From Picochlorum sp. SENEW3 (taxonomy: Eukaryota): a stretch of DNA of 64,000 nt. The notes under the pieces are model-generated. The model ran no database searches. It saw nothing but the letters and a program-made list of their open reading frames with translations, and had not been told where the DNA came from. Positions 11,257 to 23,741 of the stretch are shown piece by piece. A program made the translations under genes and the position numbers. The stretch covers positions 372,001 through 436,000 of the forward strand of contig CP120460.1 of the NCBI GenBank assembly GCA_034226945.1, written 5' to 3'. How positions within the stretch are numbered: position 1 is the stretch's first letter; each line of letters begins with the position of its first letter.

Positions 11257-11652
11257 TTATGATGTAGAAGAAATGACATGATCGTATCCTACGACTTGAT
11301 CCATTTCAATCATATCAATCAACCTCTTCAAATCTTTGGACCTGCATAAGAGTCGAATGATGCTCGAGTCAAAACGACCCGTCAAAATGCCCATGTTTCC
11401 AAACACATTGATGTCTGCTGAATCCCCCACGATTCTCAATAACGTGCGAGCCAACTCTCCACAGCTATCTCCTGTCATACATTTAACAATGTATGACCTC
11501 GGTTCATCTGGAATGTTCTGTCGAGCCTTCTCGTCCCCAAGGATCCATCCACAAACGTCTGGAGAAGTCTGAGCTCTAACCGTTGTCAGAAACACGGCTC
11601 CTAGGAGCACCAATAGTGCTAGTTTTGTAATACTAACATGTTTTAATATCAT
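11257..11652 (-). CDS. Small secreted protein, stand-alone peptidase inhibitor I9 (subtilisin propeptide)-like
   Basis: Signal peptide; SYIVK...GILTGRFD...IDMIEMDQVV matches the I9 pattern YIV...GF...YIExDxxV. Confidence 0.5.
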   Translation of the reverse strand: MILKHVSITKLALLVLLGAVFLTTVRAQTSPDVCGWILGDEKARQNIPDEPRSYIVKCMTGDSCGELARTLLRIVGDSADINVFGNMGILTGRFDSSIIRLLCRSKDLKRLIDMIEMDQVVGYDHVISSTS

Positions 11653-11912
11653 TCTAGTAATAGTTTTAGTTTTAGGCTAAAGGTGTCGTGTCAGAGGGAT
11701 CAAAATACGCCTCGTTTTGTGAATTCGCGACCAGCCCGAGGGGTCTTGTCAACCAAGGATTGACCGACGGAAAGGGGCCAAAAAATAAGATAGACTGGAT
11801 AAGTTACAAATGTCGAGGTATCTAATGGTACTTTTTGTGTATCTATGCCCATGTGGAAATGGATGCAGGCGCAGAGTGCCGTGTTTCTTGGAAGTACAAA
11901 CAGCCTTCAAGA

Positions 11913-14900
11913 TCAAGACAGCAGCAGTTTGGATCCAGATTCAATGTGAGCACGCAATTCGCTCAGATCTGCGTCACTCCAGAGATCTCTCCAACCTTGT
12001 TCTGCCTTCTTTAATATGATGTCGGCATTCTCCATGGAAGCTGTGGATCCCATGTAGGCAAGTGCCTCCCGGAGCACTGCCACTGGGAGGACAAGACGGG
12101 GCAGGCAACACCCTTGGCAAATGGCAGAGGATATGTCGTGTGTTGACGTGATACTGGAGGCCAGCACATCTATTGTATCTTCTCCAATCTTAATTCCGTT
12201 TTTCAGGATGGTTGAGAACACGCTAATGCACGTGTCTGCAAAAGGATCTGGCTTTGATTTGTCCATCCACAGTCTCAGGAGGACCTGGTGTGGCATCTCC
12301 CTGTTGTCAGTTGGGACTGCGTCGAAATATATTCCAGAGTCGCTATCTATAATGCCCATGCATATCTTGGCTATGAAAGTGCAAATTTGGTCAGTCTGAG
12401 AAGCATCTGAGAAGGCAGGGTAAACAGATAGGTCATTATAGTTGGTGTCTGCAGGCATGATGACAACCGAGCCTTCCAATTCCTTGGCGGTGGATACATC
12501 ATTGTATGTTGTCCTGGATATCCATTCCATTCCCTCCATCATGATGAATTCTGTTATTCCATTCAAAAGGCTGACAGTGTCGTGTTCAAGGTCAAGCAAT
12601 GCCTTTTGGCTCTCCTCCTTGTCAGCACTCTCCAACATATTCTGCACAGCAGCGCCATAAATTTCTTCCCATAAGAGGTATTCTCGGAGTATTTCGAAAT
12701 ATCTCTCCCAACAAATTAGTTCCACGACGTCTGGGAACTGTGAGAGCTCTTCCGGCCGGCTGCAGAGAGAGAGCAATCCATTTTCAGAACCAATGGCAGT
12801 TGGAATCACCTCCTTCAACAGATGAAGGGCAGCCAATGTACCCTGGATACCACTCAAAGAAAAGTCTCGACATAATACCACTGCCCTCCTTGTTGCTTCT
12901 TCTCTATATGAATCGTCAAAGAAAAACCAACACATCCGCTGAGCTCTGATGATTGGTCCTCCCAAGCTCGACTCTCTAGATTTGTCACAAAACTGCAGAA
13001 TAGAAAGATGTGATGATCAGTGTACAATACTACTGTATGCAAGATTATTTTACGTCAACATACCTGTCGAATGGATACGAGAGTCTCGTCATCTGCAAAG
13101 TCACCCTGGCCAGCATATGTTCCAAACCATTGCTGACAGAGCACAAGGATTTGCTGTGTAGATGTTATTGTTTCGTTGCATGTGGACTCCTCCAGTAACA
13201 GCTGCATTGTCGTTCTTCTCAAGCCCAACCTCAAATGAACCAGGTATGATGGAACAAGAGAATACGCGCTTGTATCTATCAAATGCACAGTGTAGATCCA
13301 TAGCAACTTTTGAAGGCCATCATTCAATTTTGTGTACAATGGCGTCCCCTCATCCTGTTCAGTCGTCACCAAATTCATCTTCCACAACATCAGAGCCAAG
13401 TGTGCTGAGAATCTCATCAATCCTGGGGGACACATTTCTTGCTGCTGAGTTTCCTCGCTTCCTGTCTCTGGAACAATCAAATGTATCAGCGTGTCCAAAA
13501 GCTCTTCCATCTTCCCCAGGGCAAGGTCCACTTGAATTTTCCTATACCTTTTTGTTCTATCAATTGACCCAACTTCTACTCCGCCGTAGCTCGCAGTTCC
13601 CATCGTAATTGCTTCTTCAAGATTGGGTGGCATATGCCGTGAGATATCCGTAATCGGCCACTCATGTGGCAACTCCAGATTGCCTGCATCTTCACTCATG
13701 TCAATGCCATCCAGGCAACTTGTCCCTCGCCCCGTCTGCTCCACAAGATACGAATCAACGTGATACTCTAGCCAACACCTTAAATGGACCCAAAGCACAT
13801 CTTCCCACGAGTCACAAGCTCGGACTGCCCTCTTGATATCTCCAGCCAGCAGAGCATACACAGCAGACTCATACACACCATATCCAGTAGCATCAGTAGA
13901 CTCGGATATCCTCTTGGATGCAGCATGGCATGCCCACCTCCATAACAATTTCGATCCCACACCATTCTCTATCTCTCCAGCTAACGTCTCACTCTGCCGC
14001 GCTCCAGTCTCCTCCTCATCCGCCTCCTCTGCCGAGGCCCCTAGAGGCAGAGGACCATGCATCCCATACCCAGTTAATGACACAGCCCTCCAAGGCTGTC
14101 CCACATATTGGCACACACGTGCAGCTTCAGACAATCTACCAGACTTGACAAATCTCCAGATAATCTTGGCCAGTCTCTCTTCATCTTTAGCATTATCAGC
14201 AGAAATTTTGGCCTGTTCCCTCACCATGGCATCTGGATCAATCCGTGACACATGCACACCACCCTTCTCTTCTCCAAATCGACCACCGCCATCAAGCATT
14301 GCTTTCGTCTCCATCCAAATCCCATCCTTCCGCCCAACGCCTTGTTCAGGCTCCGGATCTCTCTTTGCATGTTCCGCCTCCAACCAGGCCACAATCCGAG
14401 CTGCGCGATTCAACACACCATCCTGGAATACAACATCGGTAGCATGCTGTCGCACAGTCTTTACAAATCCTGCTCCAGATACAAAATTACCTCCCTTTCC
14501 AGCAGGAAACGACAAATCTTCAATGGCAAAAAGATACCATAGCAAACTCCACGTCCGCCCCTCTGCCTCCAACTCTGCTGCATCCCTCACGAGAGCATGA
14601 TACTGTGGCGTCTCTTCCACCAGTCCAGATGCTAAAGATCGCAAATCGTCTGCCCGATTGACACAAATCTCCCCAAACGTATGAATCCCATCCGCAACCA
14701 GCATTTCACCTGTCACAAGCCGTCTGAGCACTTGCTCAAACCGTTCCTCTTCCGGCCGATCACTTCCCAACGCCGCAGCAGCTATTTCTTTGCCATGTGT
14801 TGGGTCAGTATACTCGAACGCATCAGCCGATACAGGAACATCAGACCGACCCAGCGAGGACAACGGTGGCACCCCACCTTCCTGGTCCAACACGTCCTCT

Positions 14901-15040
14901 TCCTCTCTGAACACGGATTGAGGGACAGTACCCGAGTCTAATGTATCATATATCGGATTTAATCGACCGCCACCCTTTGCAGGGCTCGGGCTTGCGTCGT
15001 CCATCGATTGCGAAAACGCAGAATTTCTCGTCCAGTCCAT
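11913..15040 (-). CDS. NUP107: Nuclear pore complex protein Nup107; exons 15040-13064 and 12992-11913
   Basis: EGRTWSLL, IVAWLE, DPDA..RE, GQPWRAVSL, YESAVY, SWEDVLW, MRFSAHL; phase-0 GT-AG intron 12993-13063. Confidence 0.9.
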
Positions 15041-15406
15041 TCCTCCCAGGCTCTCTTCTGTTTCATTTGTAACCTAGAACAATATGCGTATTTAGTAGTA
15101 TAAAGTAACGCATGGAATTAGCCATGTATGGGTGTCCATGCAACTGTCTCAAAATGGAAATGGATACCAATGTCCGATCAAACAACTTGTATGACCGATC
15201 TATTTGACTATTCTCGGTAGCATTGTTGCATGGCGACGTCGATCGTCTCGCTGTTTGGCCATTGCGCACGCGATGTAGCAGTGATGGACATTTCTGATTG
15301 TAAAATATGCCATGGATATGAGTAAAAGGACCAGTACTGTCGTCAGTTGCAGAGACACGCCCTGTTGACCAATGGGGTATCGGATACGATGACGCATATT
15401 CTCAGT

Positions 15407-18119
15407 ATGCCGCGGATTATCACTCGAATATTTGTTATTGTTCTTCTTTTAGCTTTAGCTGTTGGAAAGGGGGTTGAGGTAAGCAACTTTAATTGCTGAT
15501 CTGGACACGTGTCTTTGCGCAAAGTGCCATTTTTTTAGGTTTTGGCACAGCCAAGGCATGATTATGTTCTAGAATGGTTAATATATTGGATCTTTTGAGG
15601 CAATTGAGCGAATGTGTCCTGTGTAGACCAGGGGAACGGACAAGGTTGGGTCAGAGGCAGAGGTGAGGAGGAAGGTGGATGATGCTGCCATCGACGCCGC
15701 TATTCTTGGGGTGGAAAAGGGATTGAAAAAGCAAAGCGCACAGGAAGAAAAGCCGCAGCAGAAGGAGACGTCGGTAGGGGAGGAGGAGAAGACAGAAGAG
15801 GAGAGCACGGTAGCCGACGTTAAGAAGACTAGTAAGAAGAAGCATGTTGATGACGGTGCTATCGAGTCTGCCATATTGGATAGGAAGGATGGAAGCCAGG
15901 TTGCTGGGAAGAAAAATGATGTTGTGGGAAAAGATGGCAAAGAAGATGAGGAAGATGTTTTAGAGCAAAATGAGGTAGAACAAATTGACAACGAGGAACA
16001 AGCAGAAGAAGAAGAAGAAGAAGGAGAAGAAGAGCAAGGTGGAGTGGATGAGGATGAGGAAGAAGAAGAAGATGATGATGATGATGGCCATGTAGTATTG
16101 GAGGACGAAGACGAGGATATTGAAGATGATGAATTTCAGGGGAGCGAGGAGGATTATCAGGCGGAGAAATCTGTAGAGAAGATAGAAACGTCTGATGTGT
16201 TCTCTCAACGGATGAAGAAGAAGCTCGATGCAGTAAAGCAAAAGAATGGCAGAAAGACGTCAGAAACACGGCAACCTGTGCATATAAAGGTAGATACAAA
16301 TGCAAAATATTTGAAGCATACCAATACAGGGGCAACGCAGAAGAATCTGAGCAGCACGAGCATGGATGGTGCTGATACACAAGATGCCAAGCACCACGCT
16401 GCAAATTTACTCCAAGTAACAGTTTTAACTGTAGGGATGGCGTTGTCGGCAGGGATAGGTGCCATTCCTTTCTTTATCGTCAAGTCACTCTCACCGAGCA
16501 TGAATGGTCTTGCAACGGCAATTGCAAGTGGTGTCATGTTTGCTGCCAGTTTTGACCTTGTGCATGAAGGTCAGCCATACGGCGCCTTTATGGTTCTTGT
16601 TGGTATTCTTGCCGGTACAGTATTCATCCAAGTAGTTAAAAATGCGTTGGATGGGATGGAGGATGTTCATTTTGGGCACTTGCATGGAAAACGGGCAAAG
16701 CGTTTGATACTCATTGTTGGAATTATGGCTGCCCATGCAATCGGTGAAGGATGCGGCGTCGGCGTGAGTTTCTGTGGGGAGAAAGGATTATCACAAGGAA
16801 TTCTTACAACGTTAGCTATTGGAGTGCATAACATCCCAGAAGGTATGGCCAAAGCTGCAGTCCTTGTATCCCAAGGGGCATCTGCACCTGAGGCTCTTCT
16901 CTGGAGCATTCTGACATGCCTGCCCCAACCCCTCATGGCAGTCCCCTCATACATTTTTGTGAATATGTTTGAGTCGCTTTTGCCCATAGCGTTGGGATTC
17001 GCTGCTGGGTGCATGATTTGGATGGTCTTTGCAGAATTATTGCCTGATGCATTGAAGAATTGCAATGCATCACATGTTGCAAGCGCTGCAACATTGTCTG
17101 CGGCCGCATTGGAAGGGTTTCGAATGTTGTTTGAGTACCTCGAAAATTCCAGCAACGTTTCGGGGATAATGGATGGGTCGACAGCATCTGGATCATCATG
17201 GAAGGGTGCAATGCCGCTGAAGATTGGACAATGGCCTTCTCTATGCCTGCTCACTGCCACCCTTGTATCGAGCTGGTTGGTCAATGCTATTGCAACTCCT
17301 GTTCCTGTTGTCTTGGGATTCGTTTCGATTGCCATGGCGGCTATTGGAATTCTACCAATATCCAGTGAATTGATATTTTCAGACACCATTCCACGGCTCC
17401 ACACAATCAGTGCAGCAATTGTTGGCGCCATGTGCATTCTCATCATCAGAAATTATCTGCTGGAATCATCCTGGATACTTCCAAGAGCATCGCATGCAGG
17501 AAAACTCAAAGAAGATGATGGTTCTCTGCCAGCATACAGCAGCAGAAATGGCAGGCCGAGGCCCCTGCTCACAACAAGCAATAAGCCTCTCAAAACCTAC
17601 GCACCCCTACGAACGCTGGCCATGCTTATTCTGACGACATCATGCTGTCACGCTGTCACATCTGGGGCGCTATTGGCACGACAGGTCCAAGGGACAGAGC
17701 AGGCTCCTTCGAGCCTTTTAACAGGACTCTTTGGGTGCCTTTTTGGAGTTCTCATCGGATGCTTTTTCAGACTATGGTCAGTGCGAAGCGCGGGAGTACT
17801 TTCTCAAGCTTTTGTCGGGGTACTCATCACCGGTGCTTTCATATTCTCGGTCCACGCAGGCATGTACGACCCAACGTCAGTTCAACCATACCCAACAGGG
17901 ATACTAGACTCTCTCTCCCTTCTGACCCATGGCGCCCTTGCAATGTCGGCTTTTTTCACTCTAGCTGTCGGCATGAGTATGAATCCAAGGTACTGCAGAT
18001 TCGGGATACTGATCACCATAACATGCCTTGTTCTCGTATTCCTGACCCTGTTTGTCGGTTGCCGAGGGCTTGGCATATCTAGCATGTGTTCCATAGATGA
18101 CGTGATTCTCTTCCTATGA
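15407..18119 (+). CDS. ZIP-family metal transporter with signal peptide and long acidic N-terminus; exons 15407-15478 and 15627-18119
   Basis: Signal peptide MPRIITRIFVIVLLLALAV; in-frame GT-AG intron; AHAIGEG..VGV, IGVHNIPEG, FAAGCMIWMVFAELLPDA; second degenerate hydrophobic half. Confidence 0.88.
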
Positions 18120-18333
18120 TCGTTTATACAATGACTGTCTGAGTTTACAATATTTAATCTTCATACATATATATCTGAATAGAACCCGAAAGGACAATTT
18201 CCTCAACGGTCCACGCAGGTCTCTGCCTCCATTGCAAAGGCAGTTGTTCCGAATTGCAGGTGTACAGCCATTTAGCATTTAAAGGCTTACTTCTACCACC
18301 ATATAATTTTTCTTATCATTAAAAGAGTTCTTA

Positions 18334-21152
18334 ATGGCATCAGTGATCGAGTCATCGCCGGTTTGTAACCAACCGCAAGATAACCGTTACGCTGATGACG
18401 TTCTGAGCACAGAAGCGTTGGCGGTTGTTCAAGAGTCATCCCCCATCAGCGATAGTGTTGAATATGTGTCATCATTGGGTATAGAGGATGCGGAGATTGA
18501 CTCTGAGCCCGCTGTGTTGCCCGTATGGGCTTGCTCATACTGTGGGCTTTACAACCCAAAGAGTGTGATGCAATGTGCCTCGACTGGCAAATGGTTTTGC
18601 AACGGAAGGATGCTTGGGAAAATATCTTGCATTGTCCATCACGCTCTCAGATCTGGGTGTAGAGAGTTTCGCATGCACGAGTCTGTGGCTTTGGAGTCTC
18701 TTGTGGCAGGGGGGGACTTGTGTTGCTGTGCAACTGGGACCAAAGATATACTATCCCTCGGCTATGTGTCCACCGGAAACAAAATGACAATCTTGTCAAA
18801 GGATGTGTTCGATGATCATGAGACCACATTCGCAAAGAGTGTGAGGTATGCAGAATCTGATTGGGCTCCATTGATCCAGGACAAGATGGTTGTTGATTGG
18901 CTTGTGTCATGCCCAAGTCAGGGTGATATGTGCTCTCGTCGAAACGTGAGCGTCAGAGAAGTAAATAAACTGGAGGATATGTGGAAACGTGGGAAAGTGT
19001 CGGCGGTAATTGGTGATGTGCAAGGCGTGGAGGCACCAAGGGAGCAAGAGGAGATTTTGCCAGTGGCACTGGCATACTCTGATGCCCCACTATACAAGTC
19101 AGTTTTCAGTAGTCTGATCGACCTTGAGGCACGAACGAGCAGATATGTGAAGCAACAGCTAACGCAGGTCAATGTTGATATCTTTTGGAGCACTTTAAGA
19201 GACAAAACATGTGCTCAGTTTCAAACACCACAGAGGCTTGCAGCACAGGCAGTTCAACTGGGTGATAGAATACTGATTAGTCATCCTTCTTATACATGGA
19301 AATGTGAATGTATCATTTCAGAGTATAACCAGAGTTCGAAGCAGATCACAGCTCTCGTGCCCAAGGGCCAGGATGAGAAGAAATCTGCAGAACAACCACC
19401 CAGGTCAACAGGATATCGGGTCGACTTTGTATGGAAAGGTGCCCAGTATGACCGGATGCATGAAGCATTTAACCGTATTGTCAATGATAATGACTGTTTA
19501 TCATCATATTTGCGGCATAAGCTTCTCGGCCAAGAATGCAATGAGATCTGTCATAAGTTTTGCATGGAGTTCAAAATTCCAGATGATTTGTCAGTCCCTG
19601 GTATAGCACGGATCAATCCATCCCAAGAAAGAGCTATCAAATCCGCATTAACTTCCCCTTTATCCTTAATCCAGGGCCCCCCGGGTACAGGTATGCATTT
19701 TTGAATGATGTATCAAATCCATGAGGACTGTAGTTTTTTGACTGCACCACTCCTGCAGGTAAAACCACGACTGCTGCTGCAATCATCTACCATCTGACGC
19801 ACATGAAAAATGGTACAATACTGGTTGCAACTCCATCAAATACAGCAGCAGATAATATTGCAGAAAGAGTCGAGAGGACGGGTGTTCGTGTCACACGAAT
19901 TTTGTCAAAGACTCGAGAAGCCATTGGCAGCTCTGTGAATCATTTGACCCTTGCATCACAGATTAAAAGCTTGCCAGATCCCATAGTCAAGAGATATTTA
20001 GCATTATTGGACAGGGTACAATCTGGAAGGCGTCTGAGAAAAGGAGCTGCCGCAGAATTCCGAGATATCAAGTCACTTCTGGAACAGCGTGTGCTACAAT
20101 CAGCAGATGTCATCTGCGTTACCTGTGTGTGTGCTGGAGATAAAAGATTGTCCCATATGAAATTCCAAACAGTTCTGATTGATGAGTGTACACAGTCGAT
20201 CGAAGCAGAAACGTTGATTCCGATTGCAAAGGGGTGTGAACATCTCATACTGATTGGGGATCAGTGTCAGTTGGGTCCCGTGGTTATTAATCGCCGAGCC
20301 AAAAGGTTTGGCCTTGGGCAGAGTCTATTTGAACGAATCATGCACAATCATATGGATCCTATTCGATTGAATGTACAGTACAGGATGCATCCAGCACTTT
20401 CTTTGTTTCCATCCAAGACATTTTATGAAGGCACATTAGAAGATGGGCTGGGTGCAGTGGATCGGCCAAACACCATCAATTTCCCATGGCCATCAAAGGA
20501 CGCCCCCATGATGTTCTGGTCACAGCGTGGAATCGAGGAAATGTCCACTTCAGGAGTTTCGTACCTCAACAGAGCAGAGTCCATTGCAATATCCAGTATT
20601 GTTACTCGATTACTGGAGTCGGGCACTCAGCCATCCAGTATTGGTGTTATTACTCCATACGATGGACAAAGGGAGCAAATTACATCTAAACTTATTCAAG
20701 GAGGCATGGTTCGAGGCATGTCCATGGCTGATGTCGAAGTGTCGAGCGTAGATGCATTCCAGGGACGAGAGAAGGACTTTATCATCTTTTCATGCGTGCG
20801 ATCAAATGTATTCCAGGGTGTTGGCTTCCTATCAGACCCCAGAAGACTCAACGTCTCCATCACACGCGCTCGATATGGTTTAATCATGCTAGGAAATCCG
20901 GATACATTGGTCAAGAATCCACTCTGGGAGAGACTACTATGCCATTTCAGTGACAGTGGGGCACTGGTCGAGGGACCTGCATTGGATTCTCTAAAGCCCT
21001 GTCCACTGCCTGCCTCGACAATGGCATCGAGTCCTGCAGTACCCACTCAAATATCCATGAGTGACTTCCATCCCGTTGAGAAGGGTGGAGATCACTTTGA
21101 CTCGTCACCAAGGCCAACTGCAAGTGACAGGCATTCAGCTCTGGAATTCTGA
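18334..21152 (+). CDS. UPF1-like SF1 RNA helicase with N-terminal CH zinc domain (divergent); exons 18334-19690 and 19759-21152
   Basis: CSYCG...KWFCNG; splicing restores QGPPGTGKT; LIDECTQ, GDQCQLGP, QYRMHP, DAFQGREKD, RLNVSITRAR. Confidence 0.88.
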
Positions 21153-21315
21153 GAATGCTGCAACATGTCCTGCTGCTCATTACAGGCAGGTACTTTTTTT
21201 CACTGCTAAATTACAGTAATAAAATTTTCTTGCATAATATCATTCGCACAACCAGTTGTAAAACAGAGTTCCACGTGTTGTAGTAAAAGCGTCTGCTTCA
21301 AAACCGAACAAGACA

Positions 21316-21732
21316 ATGGTGCGTTATAGAACAACACTGCCTTATTATTGGATTTACATGTATTTTTATTAACAATGTTTCCTTCTTCGTGTGTATATTG
21401 CAGTCGTTTTTCCAGCGCGTGGCAAATTACCTGGTCCAAGAGGTGCGTTCGCAATCTGCCCAGTACACTGGTCCTCCATTTGCAAAGCAAGCAAAGTAGT
21501 TTGATACAATAACTATCTGATACGCGCAATGCAGGTATTGGTGGATACTCTAGCGAATAGCAAGGTGTTTCAGAGGTTTGCTGTCAGGTCCAATGCATTC
21601 TTTACAGATGTCTCGAAAAAGGGCTTGGAGCATAAAGAAGGTTTTACTGAGAAGTCATCAGATTTCTTTACAGTGTTCAAGGAAGAGCTGACCAAGGGGA
21701 TGCGGAATGATGTGTTCAAGCAAGGCAAATAA
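21316..21732 (+). CDS. Small conserved uncharacterised protein (81 aa); exons 21316-21318, 21404-21442, 21535-21732
   Basis: Two phase-0 GT-AG introns give MSFFQRVANYLVQEVLVDTLANSKVFQRFAVRS...; TGTAA signals downstream. Confidence 0.7.
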
Positions 21733-21835
21733 ATAGTGATTGTAGTAACTTTTGGTTTTTGTTTGGTTTTTTCTCCTCTTCTTCCTTTTCCTCCATGCAC
21801 TGGAAACCAAGGCATACGAATATTCTTCTTGCATA

Positions 21836-21845
21836 TGTAATGTAA
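21836..21845 (+). promoter_or_regulatory. Chlorophyte TGTAA polyadenylation signals (example; also ~11248, 25659, 49557, 50719, 57164, 58528)
   Basis: TGTAA recurs shortly downstream of stop codons on the coding strand. Confidence 0.65.
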
Positions 21846-21905
21846 CAGTACATACATGTATATTGATGCTGTGAAACGTATGAAGTTATGAAAGAAAGCG
21901 AGTCA

Positions 21906-23195
21906 TCATGCCATCATCATGTACTCTTTCCAAGCATCCAAATAGTCCGAAAATACATCATGTCGGATCGCATCCCGCACGTGTCTGAGAAATTCTTGTA
22001 TATACAAGGTGTTATGGTGCTCGAGGAGCACCTGACCCGTCATCTCATGGGTGACAAACAAGTGATGAAGATATGATCTTGTATGCCGTTGGCATGTATC
22101 ACATGGGCAATGCTCCACGAGCGGGGATGCATCTCGTTTCAACTCTGGAGACCATATATTCAATTTGGTTTTATCATCGCGACGCTGCTGCTCAGCATTC
22201 TTCTGAATCAAGTCGTGCAGAGAGAGAGGAAAATGCAATGCATATCCAGCCCGTGTCACCATGTGGACATAGGACGTGTCAAACATATCCACGCCACAGG
22301 CGATCGCCTGAAGCATATCCCCTGGATATGAGATTCCTGATGCTATTCGAATCTTTTCTGCCGGCACAGCATCAATAATTGAACGAAGAATATCCTGGCG
22401 CTCATGAAATGACTCTCCAGTCCCCAAACCAGATATATATACACCATCAGAGGCAGCAATGCACGGCCGTATGTGCTCCAACGCATCTCTTCTACTCTTC
22501 ACATCACGTCCACCTACTATTGGGCACACCAAAAGGGGTCTTTTCTTCAACGTCTCGTCTCCCTGCACCCGCCTGTGCTGCAGTATTCGGTCCATCCATG
22601 CAACAGTCCTCTTTGAGGACGTCACCACACGAGACATTTTCGAGTCCGACACAACCTCATCTCCTAAACCAACTATAATATCCGCCTCAACATACCCAGC
22701 CAACGTCATGTATTCTTCAGGGCGCAGCATTGTTGCACCACCCATGGTCACAATCGATGCCCCATCATCAGTTGAATTCCTCACAGCACCAATGTATTCA
22801 TACACACACGGATCTCTCGGCGTAGCTACAAGAATCGCATCCTCTGGATACCCCATAAAGGAGCGACCCCGTCTCCCCTCTTGTATATACAGTCTTAACA
22901 CCTCTGCCTGCTGCGCATCAGACATATGCAACACATCAGCCTGCACCGCCCACGCCTGCCCTCCACACGCATGTTTCACTCTCTCCAGAGAGTCCCATGT
23001 CATATGAGGAGAGCAACCACGCGTCGTATGCACCATCACACAGGGAGTCTCGAGTCGCTGCTCCCGTCCAGCATGTTCCATCTGGCTACGTACCACCTGG
23101 CCCAAACGACCAGCAAGATTCTTCTTCAAACCATCCGCGGTATTAGTATTCGCACCATCATGCTTTGATGCATGTATAATATGGAATTCCATCAA
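21906..23195 (-). CDS. QTRT2: Queuine tRNA-ribosyltransferase accessory subunit
   Basis: ETP..MVHTTRG, GVDMFD, CPCDTC..HTRSYLHHL..HEM..LLEHHN zinc site; lacks the DSGG motif of the catalytic subunit. Confidence 0.88.
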   Translation of the reverse strand: MMEFHIIHASKHDGANTNTADGLKKNLAGRLGQVVRSQMEHAGREQRLETPCVMVHTTRGCSPHMTWDSLERVKHACGGQAWAVQADVLHMSDAQQAEVLRLYIQEGRRGRSFMGYPEDAILVATPRDPCVYEYIGAVRNSTDDGASIVTMGGATMLRPEEYMTLAGYVEADIIVGLGDEVVSDSKMSRVVTSSKRTVAWMDRILQHRRVQGDETLKKRPLLVCPIVGGRDVKSRRDALEHIRPCIAASDGVYISGLGTGESFHERQDILRSIIDAVPAEKIRIASGISYPGDMLQAIACGVDMFDTSYVHMVTRAGYALHFPLSLHDLIQKNAEQQRRDDKTKLNIWSPELKRDASPLVEHCPCDTCQRHTRSYLHHLFVTHEMTGQVLLEHHNTLYIQEFLRHVRDAIRHDVFSDYLDAWKEYMMMA

Positions 23196-23741
23196 TCAAT
23201 CAGCTCCAAGTGATTGATAATCATGCCAACAACAACAAAGCAATTGGCATGGCTCACATGTGCATGCGATCAACTCTTCTTGCGCTTGACACTGCTATGA
23301 ACCCAGTTTTACAATACAAATACATGAATTGCATCAAAAAAGCTTTTTAAAAAGTAGTATCCATGTGATATGGCATTGTCTGGATCACTGACATGGCGCA
23401 ATGCATTCCTTTTAACTCCAAGCAGCGGGCCATGTTCTTCTTCTTCTGTTGCCACGTCTTATTTAAAAAATAATGCTCTCTCGACACGCCTGATGCTGAT
23501 CGATCAAAATCACACTGATCCATTCAGAGAAGCAGAAAAAGAGACGCAAGCTGCTCAGTCAGTAGGTTGGTTGGTTCTTTTCACCCATCATCATGGCTAG
23601 ATTCTTGCTCTTGCAAGAAGCTGAGTGTCGCCAGCTGGCCTGGGTCACGTGACTCTTCTTCTCGTCGTACACCAAAAAAATCAAAAGAAAATATTATAAA
23701 ATCACATTACAGGGTTTTAATACTGCTATTTCATATACAAT

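Noticed and set aside
15940..16155. GAA/GAT-rich repeats as an array
   Set aside because: Low-complexity coding for the acidic tract of the ZIP protein
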